Assembly: GCA_011364985.1 (NCBI GenBank)
Contig: RDOC01000002.1
Coordinates: 128,001 to 192,000, forward strand
Reading direction: 5' to 3'
DNA length: 64,000 bases
Source: Candidatus Thorarchaeota archaeon
GTDB lineage: Archaea > Asgardarchaeota > Thorarchaeia > Thorarchaeales > Thorarchaeaceae
The notes beneath the pieces were generated by a model, which was given only the letters and a program-made list of their open reading frames with translations, ran no database searches and was not told the origin of the DNA. Both the position numbers and the translations under genes were made by a program. Positions 50,281-60,705 of this stretch are shown piece by piece. Position 1 is the stretch's first letter; every line of letters begins with the position of its first letter.

Positions 50281-51258
50281 CTAGAGTTTGAAGTCAGAAG
50301 GGTCGACCTCACCCAATCTCAGGAGTGCCATCTTAGCATAATCGCGGGTTTGCTCATCGGGGTCGTTTACCAGAGTCCTGAGCGTGCCGGCAGCTGGCGG
50401 ATAGGATGCAACTCCCATCGCCCATGCAGCCACTCGTTTCACATCCAAGTCTTCTGATGTCAGCAGTTCAGCAATCGCTCTAAGGATAATCTCCGAGCGT
50501 TTCTCAATCACTAGACGAATCATTCGAACCTGCTCGTTTGGCTCAACTCGTGCGATTGTATCAGCTAGCCCCTGCAGGGCCCTAGCATTATCCATATCAC
50601 GAAGTGCACGAATTGACCAATCCCTGACCTCTTCATCGGGGTCCTCAAGAGCTGCAAGAAGACAGTGAACAGACTCAGGAGAGCTTATGCTACTCAGTGC
50701 CCATGCTCCGGACCGCCGTAGCTCGACCAAAGGGTCGCCCAGCAAGGCACAGAGTGCTCCAATCGTTTCATCATCTGTTACCTTGGTGAGGGCATAGACC
50801 GCTTCCTTACGAACTCTGATATCCTCTTCTCGATTTTTCGCAAGTCTTCGAAGTGTCTGGCCATAGTTCCTTGGATCACTACTCCCGAGAATATGAACCG
50901 CCCATTTTCTGGCTTCAAACTCCTCCTCAGTATCAGTGAGAATGCGTGTCACATCTTCATTAAGAGAGTCGACTCTGGTTCTGTAGACCGCCTGGAGTCC
51001 CCGAACCCGAGTGGTGTTATCCTTGTCCGCAATAGCTTTCTCAAGGACGGGTATAGCAATCTTGCTGGGGAGCAAATCAATCAACCCCAAAAGGCGGTAT
51101 TTTAGGTTGATAATGTTCTTCTCTTCGGACAGCTCGAAGATCCTTGACACTGCTACCTTGAATTCTTCTGGATTATTGATAACATACTCTGCAAGCTCTC
51201 TGCGATGTTCAGCGTCTTCCACTCCTGCCAGCTTTTCGAGAATGAAATTCACAGACAA
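50281..51258 (-). CDS. HEAT (PBS-lyase-like) repeat protein
   Basis: Repeated LxDxxxxVRxxAxxAL units. Confidence 0.9.
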   Translation of the reverse strand: MSVNFILEKLAGVEDAEHRRELAEYVINNPEEFKVAVSRIFELSEEKNIINLKYRLLGLIDLLPSKIAIPVLEKAIADKDNTTRVRGLQAVYRTRVDSLNEDVTRILTDTEEEFEARKWAVHILGSSDPRNYGQTLRRLAKNREEDIRVRKEAVYALTKVTDDETIGALCALLGDPLVELRRSGAWALSSISSPESVHCLLAALEDPDEEVRDWSIRALRDMDNARALQGLADTIARVEPNEQVRMIRLVIEKRSEIILRAIAELLTSEDLDVKRVAAWAMGVASYPPAAGTLRTLVNDPDEQTRDYAKMALLRLGEVDPSDFKL

Positions 51259-51273
51259 TTCCTCATGACGACT

Positions 51274-52278
51274 CTAGTAAATCTTGAAGGCATCAACGTT
51301 CGGTTTTCGCCATCCTTCCTTATGACTATCATGCTTGAGAACATTGTAGTATGCTGCCATCTGTAGTGCAATCGAGTTGGATATTGCTTGTCCAAGGCTG
51401 GTCCGAAGACCGATTTCTTCTGGTGTGAATAGATGATAGCTACGCATCTTTAGAGTATCCAGAAGGGCATGCAAATACCTTCGATCATCCTCCTTTGGAG
51501 GCGAGTCAGTGATTAGCACAGCTCCATCATCTTTATTGATAGTTAACACGTAATGATGTCGGAAGTCCTCCCAGAGAGCGGTCGTGCTTTGCAATACCCC
51601 ATACTCGTTAAACTTCATCATGCCAACTTGTGCAGCTGTATAATTCGCCCCCTCTGATATCATGAAAAGGGGTTTTCCAAGAATGGGAACTTCTGCAATC
51701 TGTTTTCCAATTTTCTCCGCCCAGTCAACAATTTTCTTTCCGCCGCTCTTGAGCAGATTAACATCACTGGAAATCTTGGTTTGTTGAGCTTCCTGATTTT
51801 CAACAGATAGTCTAAGGAGGTAGGCCATGGCTGCGGTGGTTATTGATGAGGGACTGATATTGTACGATGTAGCCCCTGATTTGGTTGTCCAAGTATAATC
51901 TGCATACCCAACAGTATCCCTGTCTTCTTTGTCAGTCAATAGAACCGTTGCTGCCTTTGATTCTTGAGCGAGTTTCAAGGCATCAACTGTTGCCAAGCTT
52001 CTTCCTGAAGCGCTTACACCAATAACAACACAGTCCTTGTCAAGGTGAACCTGTGTGAGTTCCGAGGGGGACAGGGTAACTGCGTTCATTCCCTGCCTTA
52101 GAAAGGCCCATTTTCCATAATCTGCTGCGGCAAGGGAGTCGCCACATCCGGTCAATATAATCAATCGTTTATCATGCAGAATGGTGGCATCTTGAGTATT
52201 TACAGCAGCAAGGGTGTTGGCAATTGAGGTTTCCTGTTTTCTAATTGCAACATAACAAGCATCCAAGAACTCGGTCAT
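51274..52278 (-). CDS. SIS-domain sugar-phosphate isomerase/deglycase (GlmS/FrlB-like)
   Basis: LTGCGDSLAAA, VSASGRS, second SIS domain with KFNE...DFRHH. Confidence 0.88.
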   Translation of the reverse strand: MTEFLDACYVAIRKQETSIANTLAAVNTQDATILHDKRLIILTGCGDSLAAADYGKWAFLRQGMNAVTLSPSELTQVHLDKDCVVIGVSASGRSLATVDALKLAQESKAATVLLTDKEDRDTVGYADYTWTTKSGATSYNISPSSITTAAMAYLLRLSVENQEAQQTKISSDVNLLKSGGKKIVDWAEKIGKQIAEVPILGKPLFMISEGANYTAAQVGMMKFNEYGVLQSTTALWEDFRHHYVLTINKDDGAVLITDSPPKEDDRRYLHALLDTLKMRSYHLFTPEEIGLRTSLGQAISNSIALQMAAYYNVLKHDSHKEGWRKPNVDAFKIY

Positions 52279-52294
52279 TTGATTCTATCTCCTT

Positions 52295-52669
52295 TCACAG
52301 CATGTTGACATCAGGTGGTTCATATCCTAATTGCCTAATCAGTCCAACTATCAGTCCATGGTGATGGATTTCATCAGTGGCTAGGTGCACTAAGACCTTT
52401 TTCACTGTGAAGCTCACAGTCTGGTTGCCCATCGTACACTCTTCACATGGTGTAGTGTGTCAGAGTGAAGATTTCAAAGTATTCCCTAGTTCTTGTTTCC
52501 GATTCTTTCATGGCAACAGAAATACTGTTGAAACCGTCCGAATATTCTTTCTCAGGCAATTGATGCTCTTCTTCTTGAGCTTGTCATCTGACAACTTCTG
52601 AAGAACATCTAGAATGGGTTCTCTAACAGCATAGTTGTGCTCCAGCAGCATCTCTATACAGGACATCAT
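52295..52669 (-). pseudogene. DinB-family pseudogene
   Basis: Manual translation ends HLATDEIHHHGLIVGLIRQLGYEPPDVNML; internal frameshifts. Confidence 0.65.
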
Positions 52670-52723
52670 AGATGAAAAACCATCTAATCGTGTTTATCAG
52701 ATTCACGTTTGGATGCTATTCTA

Positions 52724-52960
52724 TCACAGTTTCCTGTATTTTGGAACAATCTCTTTGATTATCTTTTCAAAGCTAGGTATCTGACCAGGAGCGAAGAATG
52801 GATAATAGAATATGAGTCCATTGATTCCAATCGCTGTATATCTATTCACAACTTCTGCAAAGTGCATTTCCGAGGCAAAGGCGATGTTTGCTTCCGAACC
52901 AAATACTAGCAGCGAACGCCTAACTGATACCAGGTCCCTTGAGTCTGGAATGCCAGATCG
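52724..52960 (-). pseudogene. C-terminal fragment resembling an LLM (luciferase-like) oxidoreductase
   Basis: RRSLLVFG...NRYTAIGINGLIFYYP...FEKIIKEIVPK*; no start codon. Confidence 0.45.
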
Positions 52961-53011
52961 AACAGATTCCTATTTGACAGGTAGAGTCAAGTATTTCTTC
53001 TGCAACTACAA

Positions 53012-54094
53012 GTGAGAAACAAATGTGAATGCCATTTATTCCGGTTTCAAATAAAGGGATACCATAAATTTACTAATGTCATGAGAAGTATATCCGAGTC
53101 AACTGATTTGAATAGCATCTTTAGAAATATGACACTTGGATACTGGTTGAGGGCTTCGTTTCAAATAGCTATTCTGCTCGTATTGCCCTATGGGATTGAC
53201 TTCTGGAATATCAACACGTTGGATTGTCTGTACTATCATTCAATCGCTTTTCATCTGATGTTCTCTGGATACTATGCAGAATTGGATGTGGAGTTCGCTA
53301 ATTTCCTTACATTTCTTTTTGCAATTATTCTTTGTATCCCAGCTATTCTCTTCGATACGCTTCTCTTTAGGGCAGAAAAAGGCAAGCCAATTCGGATTCC
53401 AGGAATAGTAGTTATTCTTACCACAGTTCTTCTTGTCATCCTGCTCGGTCAGGAACTACCTAATCTGGCTTTTCCAGGATTTCAAGTTCTTCTAACTGGG
53501 AACCTTCTCCGTTTTACAAACCTTGTTCTAGTAGTGCTTGTATTCCTTCCTATTCTCAGCAGAGAAACTTCACTACTTCTTTTCGACAGAGCTAAAGCAG
53601 AAGAGAACAATGATGAAGAGAAGCCGGATATGCAACTCAGAAACCAGTTTCTTGGTGTCACATTGGGGCTGCTGATTCTTGTGATGCCCTACGTTCTTCT
53701 TGTTGATATCCATACATCTTTCCGACTTGATTTTCATCTGTTTGCAAGTGTTGCCTACTTTATGATTGAGTGCGACGTACGTTATAACTACACAGCAATC
53801 AGCTTCTCTGCTGTCAGTATATACAATCTAGTTTTGTATCTTCTAGTTGCAAGTCTTCAGGTGATGTATTCCTATGGTGTTCTAAGATACCTTAGGGGTC
53901 TAGAAAGTCGAAATCAAACTTTAATCTGTGGTGTACTTGGTCTACTGCTCCCCCTTGCTGTCTTCTCGATAGTATCACCTTTCTATGTCCGCGGCCAGCT
54001 TTCATATCCGGCTCCCTTTCCAGTTGTTTTCTTGCTCGGCATTGCTGTCCTATGGTCTGTGAAACCTCTAGGGATACGTGTGATTGAAGCCTGA
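53012..54094 (+). CDS. multi-pass membrane protein (apparent internal duplication)
   Basis: About 8 hydrophobic segments; true start may be ATG 53081. Confidence 0.75.
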   Translation: MRNKCECHLFRFQIKGYHKFTNVMRSISESTDLNSIFRNMTLGYWLRASFQIAILLVLPYGIDFWNINTLDCLYYHSIAFHLMFSGYYAELDVEFANFLTFLFAIILCIPAILFDTLLFRAEKGKPIRIPGIVVILTTVLLVILLGQELPNLAFPGFQVLLTGNLLRFTNLVLVVLVFLPILSRETSLLLFDRAKAEENNDEEKPDMQLRNQFLGVTLGLLILVMPYVLLVDIHTSFRLDFHLFASVAYFMIECDVRYNYTAISFSAVSIYNLVLYLLVASLQVMYSYGVLRYLRGLESRNQTLICGVLGLLLPLAVFSIVSPFYVRGQLSYPAPFPVVFLLGIAVLWSVKPLGIRVIEA

Positions 54095-54141
54095 ATCTCA
54101 CATGATCTTGAAGGAAAAACTGTATGTTCAGCCAAAAGAAT

Positions 54142-54172
54142 TGGCGCTCCCGCCGGAACTTAAACCCGGGTC
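54142..54172 (-). repeat. degenerate copy of the tRNA-Asp 3' end (att-like), inverted
   Basis: Reverse complement GACCCGGGTTTAAGTTCCGGCGGGAGCGCCA matches 56548-56578 at 26/31 positions. Confidence 0.75.
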
Positions 54173-55310
54173 AATGCCCTCGTTCAATCAGTGTGTTCAC
54201 TTGTTTCTGCGTTAGCATCGAGAAATCAGTAAGTCTAGATTGCACGAGATTGCCAAATTCCTCCTTACTAATTGGTGTAATAAGCTCAGTTAGCTGTTTT
54301 ATCAGTCCAAATGACACATTAAGTGCAGGTCCACTTGATTTTCTTGCTTTTGACGCTTTGCCTTTCTTACCCCCTAGTCCTTTTACCCAATCAGTCATCG
54401 CTTTATAGACTTCATCCTTGCTTTTACCATCAACTACTCCATGCGTTTTGCTATAAATTTGCCAAAGTTCATCAAATTTCCCTTGAGTAATATTCTCTAG
54501 CGGACTATATCCTCTAATTCCATCAGGATACACCCAAATGAATGCATATGCATCACTGTATCTTGGAAGTTGAGGAGTGTTGTAAGGAAGAAGCAACATT
54601 TTCAAACCATTTTCATGGAATCCAAATCTGCTGGATGAAATCTTGACCAAAATGCCTCTGAATGACTCCTGAAGTTTCTTGAATGCTCTTTCAAATGATT
54701 CGGAAACCATAGTCTGAACACGCAAGCAAGGTTTCTCGTTGCCATACTCTTCTAGGATTTCTCTACAAAAGTCATCATACTCAGCCCCAAGAATCATTTG
54801 TTCGACTTTGGAACGTGTTTCCATTTTTGTTTCGTCAATCGGTTCCAAAGATTCATAGAACTCATCTATTGCATCAGGTCGAATTTCCCATATCACGCCT
54901 TCAGTTGCAACATCATCCGTTGCCTGTCTAATATCAGCTGGAAGAAATGGTCTGAATGCACCTGTTCTGGCTCTGATTACATGTTTTGCAACTCCAATTA
55001 GCGACTCATCGTCTAGTTGTTTCGATTTGATTTCTTCGTCACTCACAAAGACAGTTAGCTTTCTTCCACCATATCTACGGAATTGTTTCTCTTCTTCCTT
55101 TTCTCTAATTACCACTTCTGGGGTAGCAGTTAGAAGGGCCTTGGAAAATACCGTTTCCGTGTTTTTGTTTATTTTCTCAAGGATAGGATTCCAACCCTCT
55201 CCCATAAACTTCCTTTTTCTCCACCAATGTCTTGGCTTGGAAAGCTGCCTGCGTATCCAATTTCCTATATCCTTAAGTAACGTGTATGCAAAGGATACAT
55301 CTACCCCCAC
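54171..55310 (-). CDS. hypothetical protein (379 aa)
   Basis: Long ORF; GGAGG before GTG. Confidence 0.75.
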   Translation of the reverse strand: MGVDVSFAYTLLKDIGNWIRRQLSKPRHWWRKRKFMGEGWNPILEKINKNTETVFSKALLTATPEVVIREKEEEKQFRRYGGRKLTVFVSDEEIKSKQLDDESLIGVAKHVIRARTGAFRPFLPADIRQATDDVATEGVIWEIRPDAIDEFYESLEPIDETKMETRSKVEQMILGAEYDDFCREILEEYGNEKPCLRVQTMVSESFERAFKKLQESFRGILVKISSSRFGFHENGLKMLLLPYNTPQLPRYSDAYAFIWVYPDGIRGYSPLENITQGKFDELWQIYSKTHGVVDGKSKDEVYKAMTDWVKGLGGKKGKASKARKSSGPALNVSFGLIKQLTELITPISKEEFGNLVQSRLTDFSMLTQKQVNTLIERGH

Positions 55311-55335
55311 TACTTATTGCCCTCCCTTAAGTTAA

Positions 55336-55677
55336 TCAAGATGCGTCTTCTTCGCAATCCCACATCTTTTCTTCGAGTTGCCTCATATATAATTCCAAGC
55401 ATGATGGGTTCTTGCATACAAATTCAATTTCGCCATTCATCTCATCTTCTGCAAGAGTTCCTAGGTTTTGAAATGATATCGCATTTCCACATGCAGCACA
55501 AGTCATTCTCCCCAATTCGAAATCTTTCCAGACTTTCCGTTTTCGGAGTATATACTCTACCTCAAAGGCGTCAACTGGATCCATTTGCAGCCTTGACCTA
55601 ACATATCCTATCCCCTTAGCTGTAGATATAGTTGCAATGAAGAAACCTACTACAATGATTAGTTCAAATGGCCACAT
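55336..55677 (-). CDS. membrane-anchored small Zn-finger-like protein
   Basis: N-terminal TM; CAAC...CKNPSC. Confidence 0.65.
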   Translation of the reverse strand: MWPFELIIVVGFFIATISTAKGIGYVRSRLQMDPVDAFEVEYILRKRKVWKDFELGRMTCAACGNAISFQNLGTLAEDEMNGEIEFVCKNPSCLELYMRQLEEKMWDCEEDAS

Positions 55678-55933
55678 ACCACCACTTCACGGTCCATTTC
55701 TTTTGCACAAACTCAATCTCATCTCGGAATCGGTGAGATTTAACTTTTGGGTCAATGCATCTCTTTGCTAAGTAGACATGGATTTGAATATTTATCGTAT
55801 TAAGAAACTCAAATTCGAAGAATAATTCAGGAAGATTCACGAACTTCTTCGTAATCGATTTTCAGAACTGGCACCCCTTGTTTCTTTACAACAGTCATAA
55901 GACCTTCATCATCCAGAGTATAGCCTCTTTCAC

Positions 55934-56152
55934 TTAGGAAATTAAAACCTTCGCATTCCCCTCCATTAGAATATAGTATTCATTGAACCATTCCATGAAA
56001 TCTTGACGAAACAGTACGGTAAAGAGCTTGACACGTTCCCTGAAGATCTTCGCCCTCACTCCACCTTCAAGTATAGCAATGAAGAAGGCAAGCAGACTTG
56101 AAGTAAGAAATCCTGTTATTAAATTCCCAATAACGCCTACAAAGTAGTTCAT
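55934..56152 (-). CDS. small membrane protein or degraded gene
   Basis: 72-aa ORF with a hydrophobic N-terminus. Confidence 0.35.
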   Translation of the reverse strand: MNYFVGVIGNLITGFLTSSLLAFFIAILEGGVRAKIFRERVKLFTVLFRQDFMEWFNEYYILMEGNAKVLIS

Positions 56153-56470
56153 TTTCGGATGGATACTGCATGAACCAAATCAAAGCCATTATACTTGCAC
56201 ACAATACAAAACTCGTTGTTTTGTGAACTCGATGACCAAATCACGTTCATGAGTTGTGAATTCAAACCCCTCTGGTATTTCGGGACCATTTTCTTTATTC
56301 ATTTTCAAATCATGCCCAAGTAGTGAAACCTTCTAGTGTCACATTGTCATGAGAACTGATAAACCTGCACTCAGATAGAGTGACCTTCAAGAAACACTGT
56401 GAAACCGATTTTGCCATTGTTCAAGAACGACAACTTTAATAGAAAACCAAAAGTGGAGCAGTCGAACCAT

Positions 56471-56578
56471 GCCCCTGTAGTGTAGTACGGTCAGTACTCC
56501 AGATGACCTGAAGTATCCGGAATAGCATTCAAGACTGTCACTCTTGAGACCCGGGTTCGAATCCCGGCGGGGGCGCCA
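56471..56578 (+). tRNA. tRNA-Asp(GTC) with ~31-nt intron in the D-arm
   Basis: GCCCCTG/CGGGGGC-G-CCA, CAAGA/TCTTG stem, GTC 56537-39; extra segment about 56494-56524, junctions ambiguous. Confidence 0.88.
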
Positions 56579-56596
56579 TCTCCTTTTCGGGAAGAA

Positions 56597-58769
56597 TCAG
56601 GAATAGTCTATTCTTACTCCCCTCTTCTCAAGTGCATCCATGATCTCCTTCAAAATCTCATCATTTTCATCAGAAGTCACCCTACGACCCCTTAGATTGC
56701 ATCGGACTTCTCGTTCAATGTAATCAGCCGATATTGATTGAATCTTCACAAGCTCAGACGAGAGCGATAACAGAACCAATTCCGTAAAGTCAGTATCATC
56801 CTCCACATTGCACAAGTGAACGACAACATTCAACATTCTTCCACGGATAGATTCTTCAATGCGGGCACTGACAGAAAGCGTGGTAGCTTCCAACTCAACA
56901 AGATGGTTCAGCAGATGCCAGTTCTTGGCAAGCCAAGCTGCGCTTCTTCCAGAGGAAGTGGGAGAGGGTACAGAAATGTATTGCGTGAAGTGGACTTTGT
57001 CTTCTATTCGCTCATTCATCAAATGGATTTTCAAAACGTATTGATTCCGAAGGAACGATTTTCTTCAAAATATGCTTAGGACCTTTAGCTGGAACCATCG
57101 TGATTGCAATTCTGGGCACTGCTTTGCTAGAATCTGTGTTTTCAAATGTCAGCGTCGCCCATTTTTCATAGAATTCGCCCATCACTAGCGAATCAGCAAG
57201 TTGACTAACGAGTTGATCAAAGACCTTCTTTGTGATTTCATAATCTTGAGATATATCAAGTGTCACAACGCCCTTCCAGAGGGTTTTCAGTTCTAGAACA
57301 TCACCAGCAAGTGCATTGTATTCCGCAAGTATCGATTGTTCATATGCATCTAATTGGCCAAGATGAGAATGCGGAGGAATAGAATCCAGCATTGCTTTCC
57401 ATTCAGCTTCTGTAAGACTTTCTTTCCATGAATAGAATTCAGGAGCATAAACATTCGATTCTTTGGTTCGAGGTTTCCTACCGTAGAGGTTGAAACGAAA
57501 CCCTGCTTTTGTCTTCACCTCAAGTATCATAATTGGGGTCCAGATGTACTGATTCGCAGCTTTCTTGTTACGAACAAAGAGAACAAGATCAATCCTACCA
57601 GCTCCTTGAGGTCCAGTAACAGGGACTTCTGCAAGATACTGCATTCCAGACGGCTCCTGTAGAAGGTCGTCACCAGCAAAGACGGCTGCTTTCAGAGAAC
57701 TAGGATGTGAAAATCCTGAGAGCAGAACTCTATGCCAGTCGTTTCCTTCTCGTTGTGTCTTTTTGCTAACTTCTTCAATGAAATTGGAAATATCGGCATC
57801 TCCAACTATATCATTCTCAATATGAGCAAGGATAACCTGTCCTCTTTTCCCAGTGGAGTCATCCTTTTCCATCTCAGCTTTTGCCTTGCCCATGAGAAAA
57901 TCAACCCCTGGATTCTCAGTTGGACCCTCTATCTGCTCACTGATTCTCTTGGCACTGCCAATTCTTTGACTAAACCGAGTTCTAATCTCAAGCACAAGTC
58001 TACGAAGCTCTTGGTCTGCATCCGGATAGAAGTTTTTTCGACCAATCCTTCCTCCCGTGTAAATCCAATCAAGGAAAGGAATCAATCTATGAGTCAAAAG
58101 TCGAATGTATCTCTGACTCTCCTTTCGTGGAACACCATGGATGAAGCATTGACGACACAACTCAACTAGATGAGCACGAATCATATCACCGAAATCAAGA
58201 GCGGGAAGCGTGGGATGGGTGAGTAGTATCCGAGGTTTCTTGGAGTTGCCTGGATATCCAGCTTTTAGATGAACCTTGGCATCTTCTAAGGTTGACAATT
58301 CATCAGCTACACGCTTTGGGATAACCTTCGTGCGGCCGTCTGAGAATTGCCTAATTTCATAGAGTTGTGGGTTTGGAAAGGGATATCTAGTGACCAGCAG
58401 ATCACGTAGCGTAGAGCCTGCAGAATTGAGTAGGGCATTAAGGGGACCGACAGTCCCCTCTCTCCAGCTGTATACCCGTTTGAACTCCTTGTTACCATAT
58501 CTTGCGGTACTATACCAAAGCATTTTGAGATATAATCTTCTCAATACTGGTTCTATACCTTGTACTGAAGAGAAGTCATGAGAGCCCTTAGCTTTGGATG
58601 ATTTCCACTCCTTGCGTGCGATTTTCCAGTTCTTGCTAATCTGCTGATAGAACCTGTACGTCTTTGCATTCTTCCGTTTTGATGCCAATCTTACAAGGGC
58701 TGACAATCCAGCATAAATCGCATCTGCCAAGACCACATTTGGTCTGAATTCCTGAATTTTCCGCCCCAA
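56597..58769 (-). pseudogene. large PD-(D/E)XK (RecB/Cas4-like motif) nuclease-domain protein, frameshifted at 57012-57019
   Basis: YLAEVPV...GRIDLVL...LEVKT...QLDAY; ORFs 57012-58769 and 56597-57034 join if a 4-bp duplication is removed. Confidence 0.7.
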
Positions 58770-59028
58770 ATAGACTCCTCGATACTTAGAATCCCTTTTT
58801 ATTTATAAGTAATTCTTCCCTATTTGGAAATCTCCATTACTAATTTAAAGGTCGCATATGGCTTCTTTAAAAGAATAAAGGCCTATTAGATTATTTTGTT
58901 TAATAAGTTTATATTGTTTGTCACAGAAATATGTACGAGTTCAAAGGCTCTACTCTTGACAATAAAGGGAGTGAACTCAACTGACTCAGAAATGGGTCAG
59001 AAGTTTATATTGTATTGGGCGAAAATCA

Positions 59029-60705
59029 ATGGCTCGGTTTCAAGGAACTACAATCAGCGTCAAGGTCCCGATAAACTGGGAAGCAATGACGATGAAATCT
59101 AAGCAGAGGCTTAGACAGATTGTAGGAAGGGACACGAGGGTGATTCGTGCATTTCTCGGGATAATCGAACAACATGAAAACGACTTGCTTGCTGGTCGCA
59201 ATAAGCATCGAATTCATGACGGGAAGCTAGACAAGCTTACCATGACCGCACTCAGAGTCAAGGCTGGCTATGCTCAAAGAGCCAGTGTTCCTCATGACTT
59301 CAAGGCTCGCTTCCCACGCATCTCCCAAAACGAGATAACCGAGTGTCGACAGACTGCTGTTGCTCTCTACAAGAGCTACCTGAAACTTAGAGCTAAAAGA
59401 GGCTTGAATGTTTCACGACCAGCGTCAATCAATCAAAGCCGACGGATACCAAGATGGGTCTTTTCGCAGAGATTCAAACTTCTTGAGAGAAGTACTGCTG
59501 CTTCACGATGGTGGCTTGATATTAGGGACTCTCTTGACTCAGTACAAGAGGGACGAACATTTCATGACCGACTGAATATTCCCCTAAAGATGTCACCTTT
59601 CCACTTCAACCAGATTAAACGAGGCGATGTGAAGGCAGTTCAAATCTTTACTGACCGCTTTGGGAAGTGGTGGGCAACCATTGCGGTTAGGATTTTTACA
59701 GACCTACCTCCCAAAGAGGATCTTCCGATAGGAATCCTTGGAATTGACTTGGGTATTGAAAAGGCAGCCTGCTCGACACTGATTACACCGAAGAAAACAA
59801 GAGAAACAAGGTACTTTGTCCAGCGGCAGAAAGTCAAGGTCATCAAGAAGTACGACAGACTTGTTGCTGACCTTCAGAGGACGATGCAGAATCACAAAAG
59901 TAACGGACTTCCATATGACAAGATGGCGAAAAAGCTCCGGCAGATGAAAGCCAAGAGAGAGAATGTTGCTAAAGAGTACGACCGTGTTCTTCTTCGCCAG
60001 ATTCTCGACTACATCTTAGATCTATCGGAGAAGTATACACTCTATGTTGCCATTGGTCGCCTGAAGAATATACGACTACGTGCTAAACGAGGAAACTACA
60101 AGGGGCGAAGGTTCAGAGCAATGATTCATTCATGGGCCTTTGCTCGAATAACAGATGGCCTCAAACATGGCCTCGCTCAGCAGGGGTGGAAGGTCGATGG
60201 AAAGGATACCTGCTTTAGAGCTGTTCCAGAGGCATGGACTTCTATCATGTGCTGGAAATGCGGGAGCAAGGGAACACGTCCCAAACAGAATTACTTCCAT
60301 TGTACCTCCTGTGGACACAAGACCAATGCTGACAGAAATGGTAGTATCAACATTGCAGCACGTATGCTCATGCTCACAAAGTCACTGCACTCTGTGAGAG
60401 GACTAGGTATGTGGACTAGGGCTGTAGATAGGGCTCGACGTGCGCGACCGAAAGCCCGAAAGAAGAAGTCTTCTCAAGGGAAGTCCTTACTCTCCTCTAA
60501 GGATTCAACATCAAATCTTGGAGAGTCCGCGGCTGTTCACTTTGTCCAGTCGGACTTTGCTGGCTTCAGTGATGAAACAAGCGAGAGTGATGATGACCCC
60601 GTCGTGGCAAATACTGTGAAAGCTCTCTCTGTCATTGAGGGTGATGACTCAATAGCAATACAGGAGAAAGAAGCCAGGTCTTCAGGAGGGATTCCATCCC
60701 GATGA
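59029..60705 (+). CDS. tnpB: TnpB/Cas12-like RNA-guided nuclease (558 aa)
   Basis: RuvC-I GIDLG, zinc finger CWKC/CTSC, RuvC-III NADRNGSINIA; RuvC-II reads VAIG, with an alternative Glu in VPEAWTS. Confidence 0.92.
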   Translation: MARFQGTTISVKVPINWEAMTMKSKQRLRQIVGRDTRVIRAFLGIIEQHENDLLAGRNKHRIHDGKLDKLTMTALRVKAGYAQRASVPHDFKARFPRISQNEITECRQTAVALYKSYLKLRAKRGLNVSRPASINQSRRIPRWVFSQRFKLLERSTAASRWWLDIRDSLDSVQEGRTFHDRLNIPLKMSPFHFNQIKRGDVKAVQIFTDRFGKWWATIAVRIFTDLPPKEDLPIGILGIDLGIEKAACSTLITPKKTRETRYFVQRQKVKVIKKYDRLVADLQRTMQNHKSNGLPYDKMAKKLRQMKAKRENVAKEYDRVLLRQILDYILDLSEKYTLYVAIGRLKNIRLRAKRGNYKGRRFRAMIHSWAFARITDGLKHGLAQQGWKVDGKDTCFRAVPEAWTSIMCWKCGSKGTRPKQNYFHCTSCGHKTNADRNGSINIAARMLMLTKSLHSVRGLGMWTRAVDRARRARPKARKKKSSQGKSLLSSKDSTSNLGESAAVHFVQSDFAGFSDETSESDDDPVVANTVKALSVIEGDDSIAIQEKEARSSGGIPSR

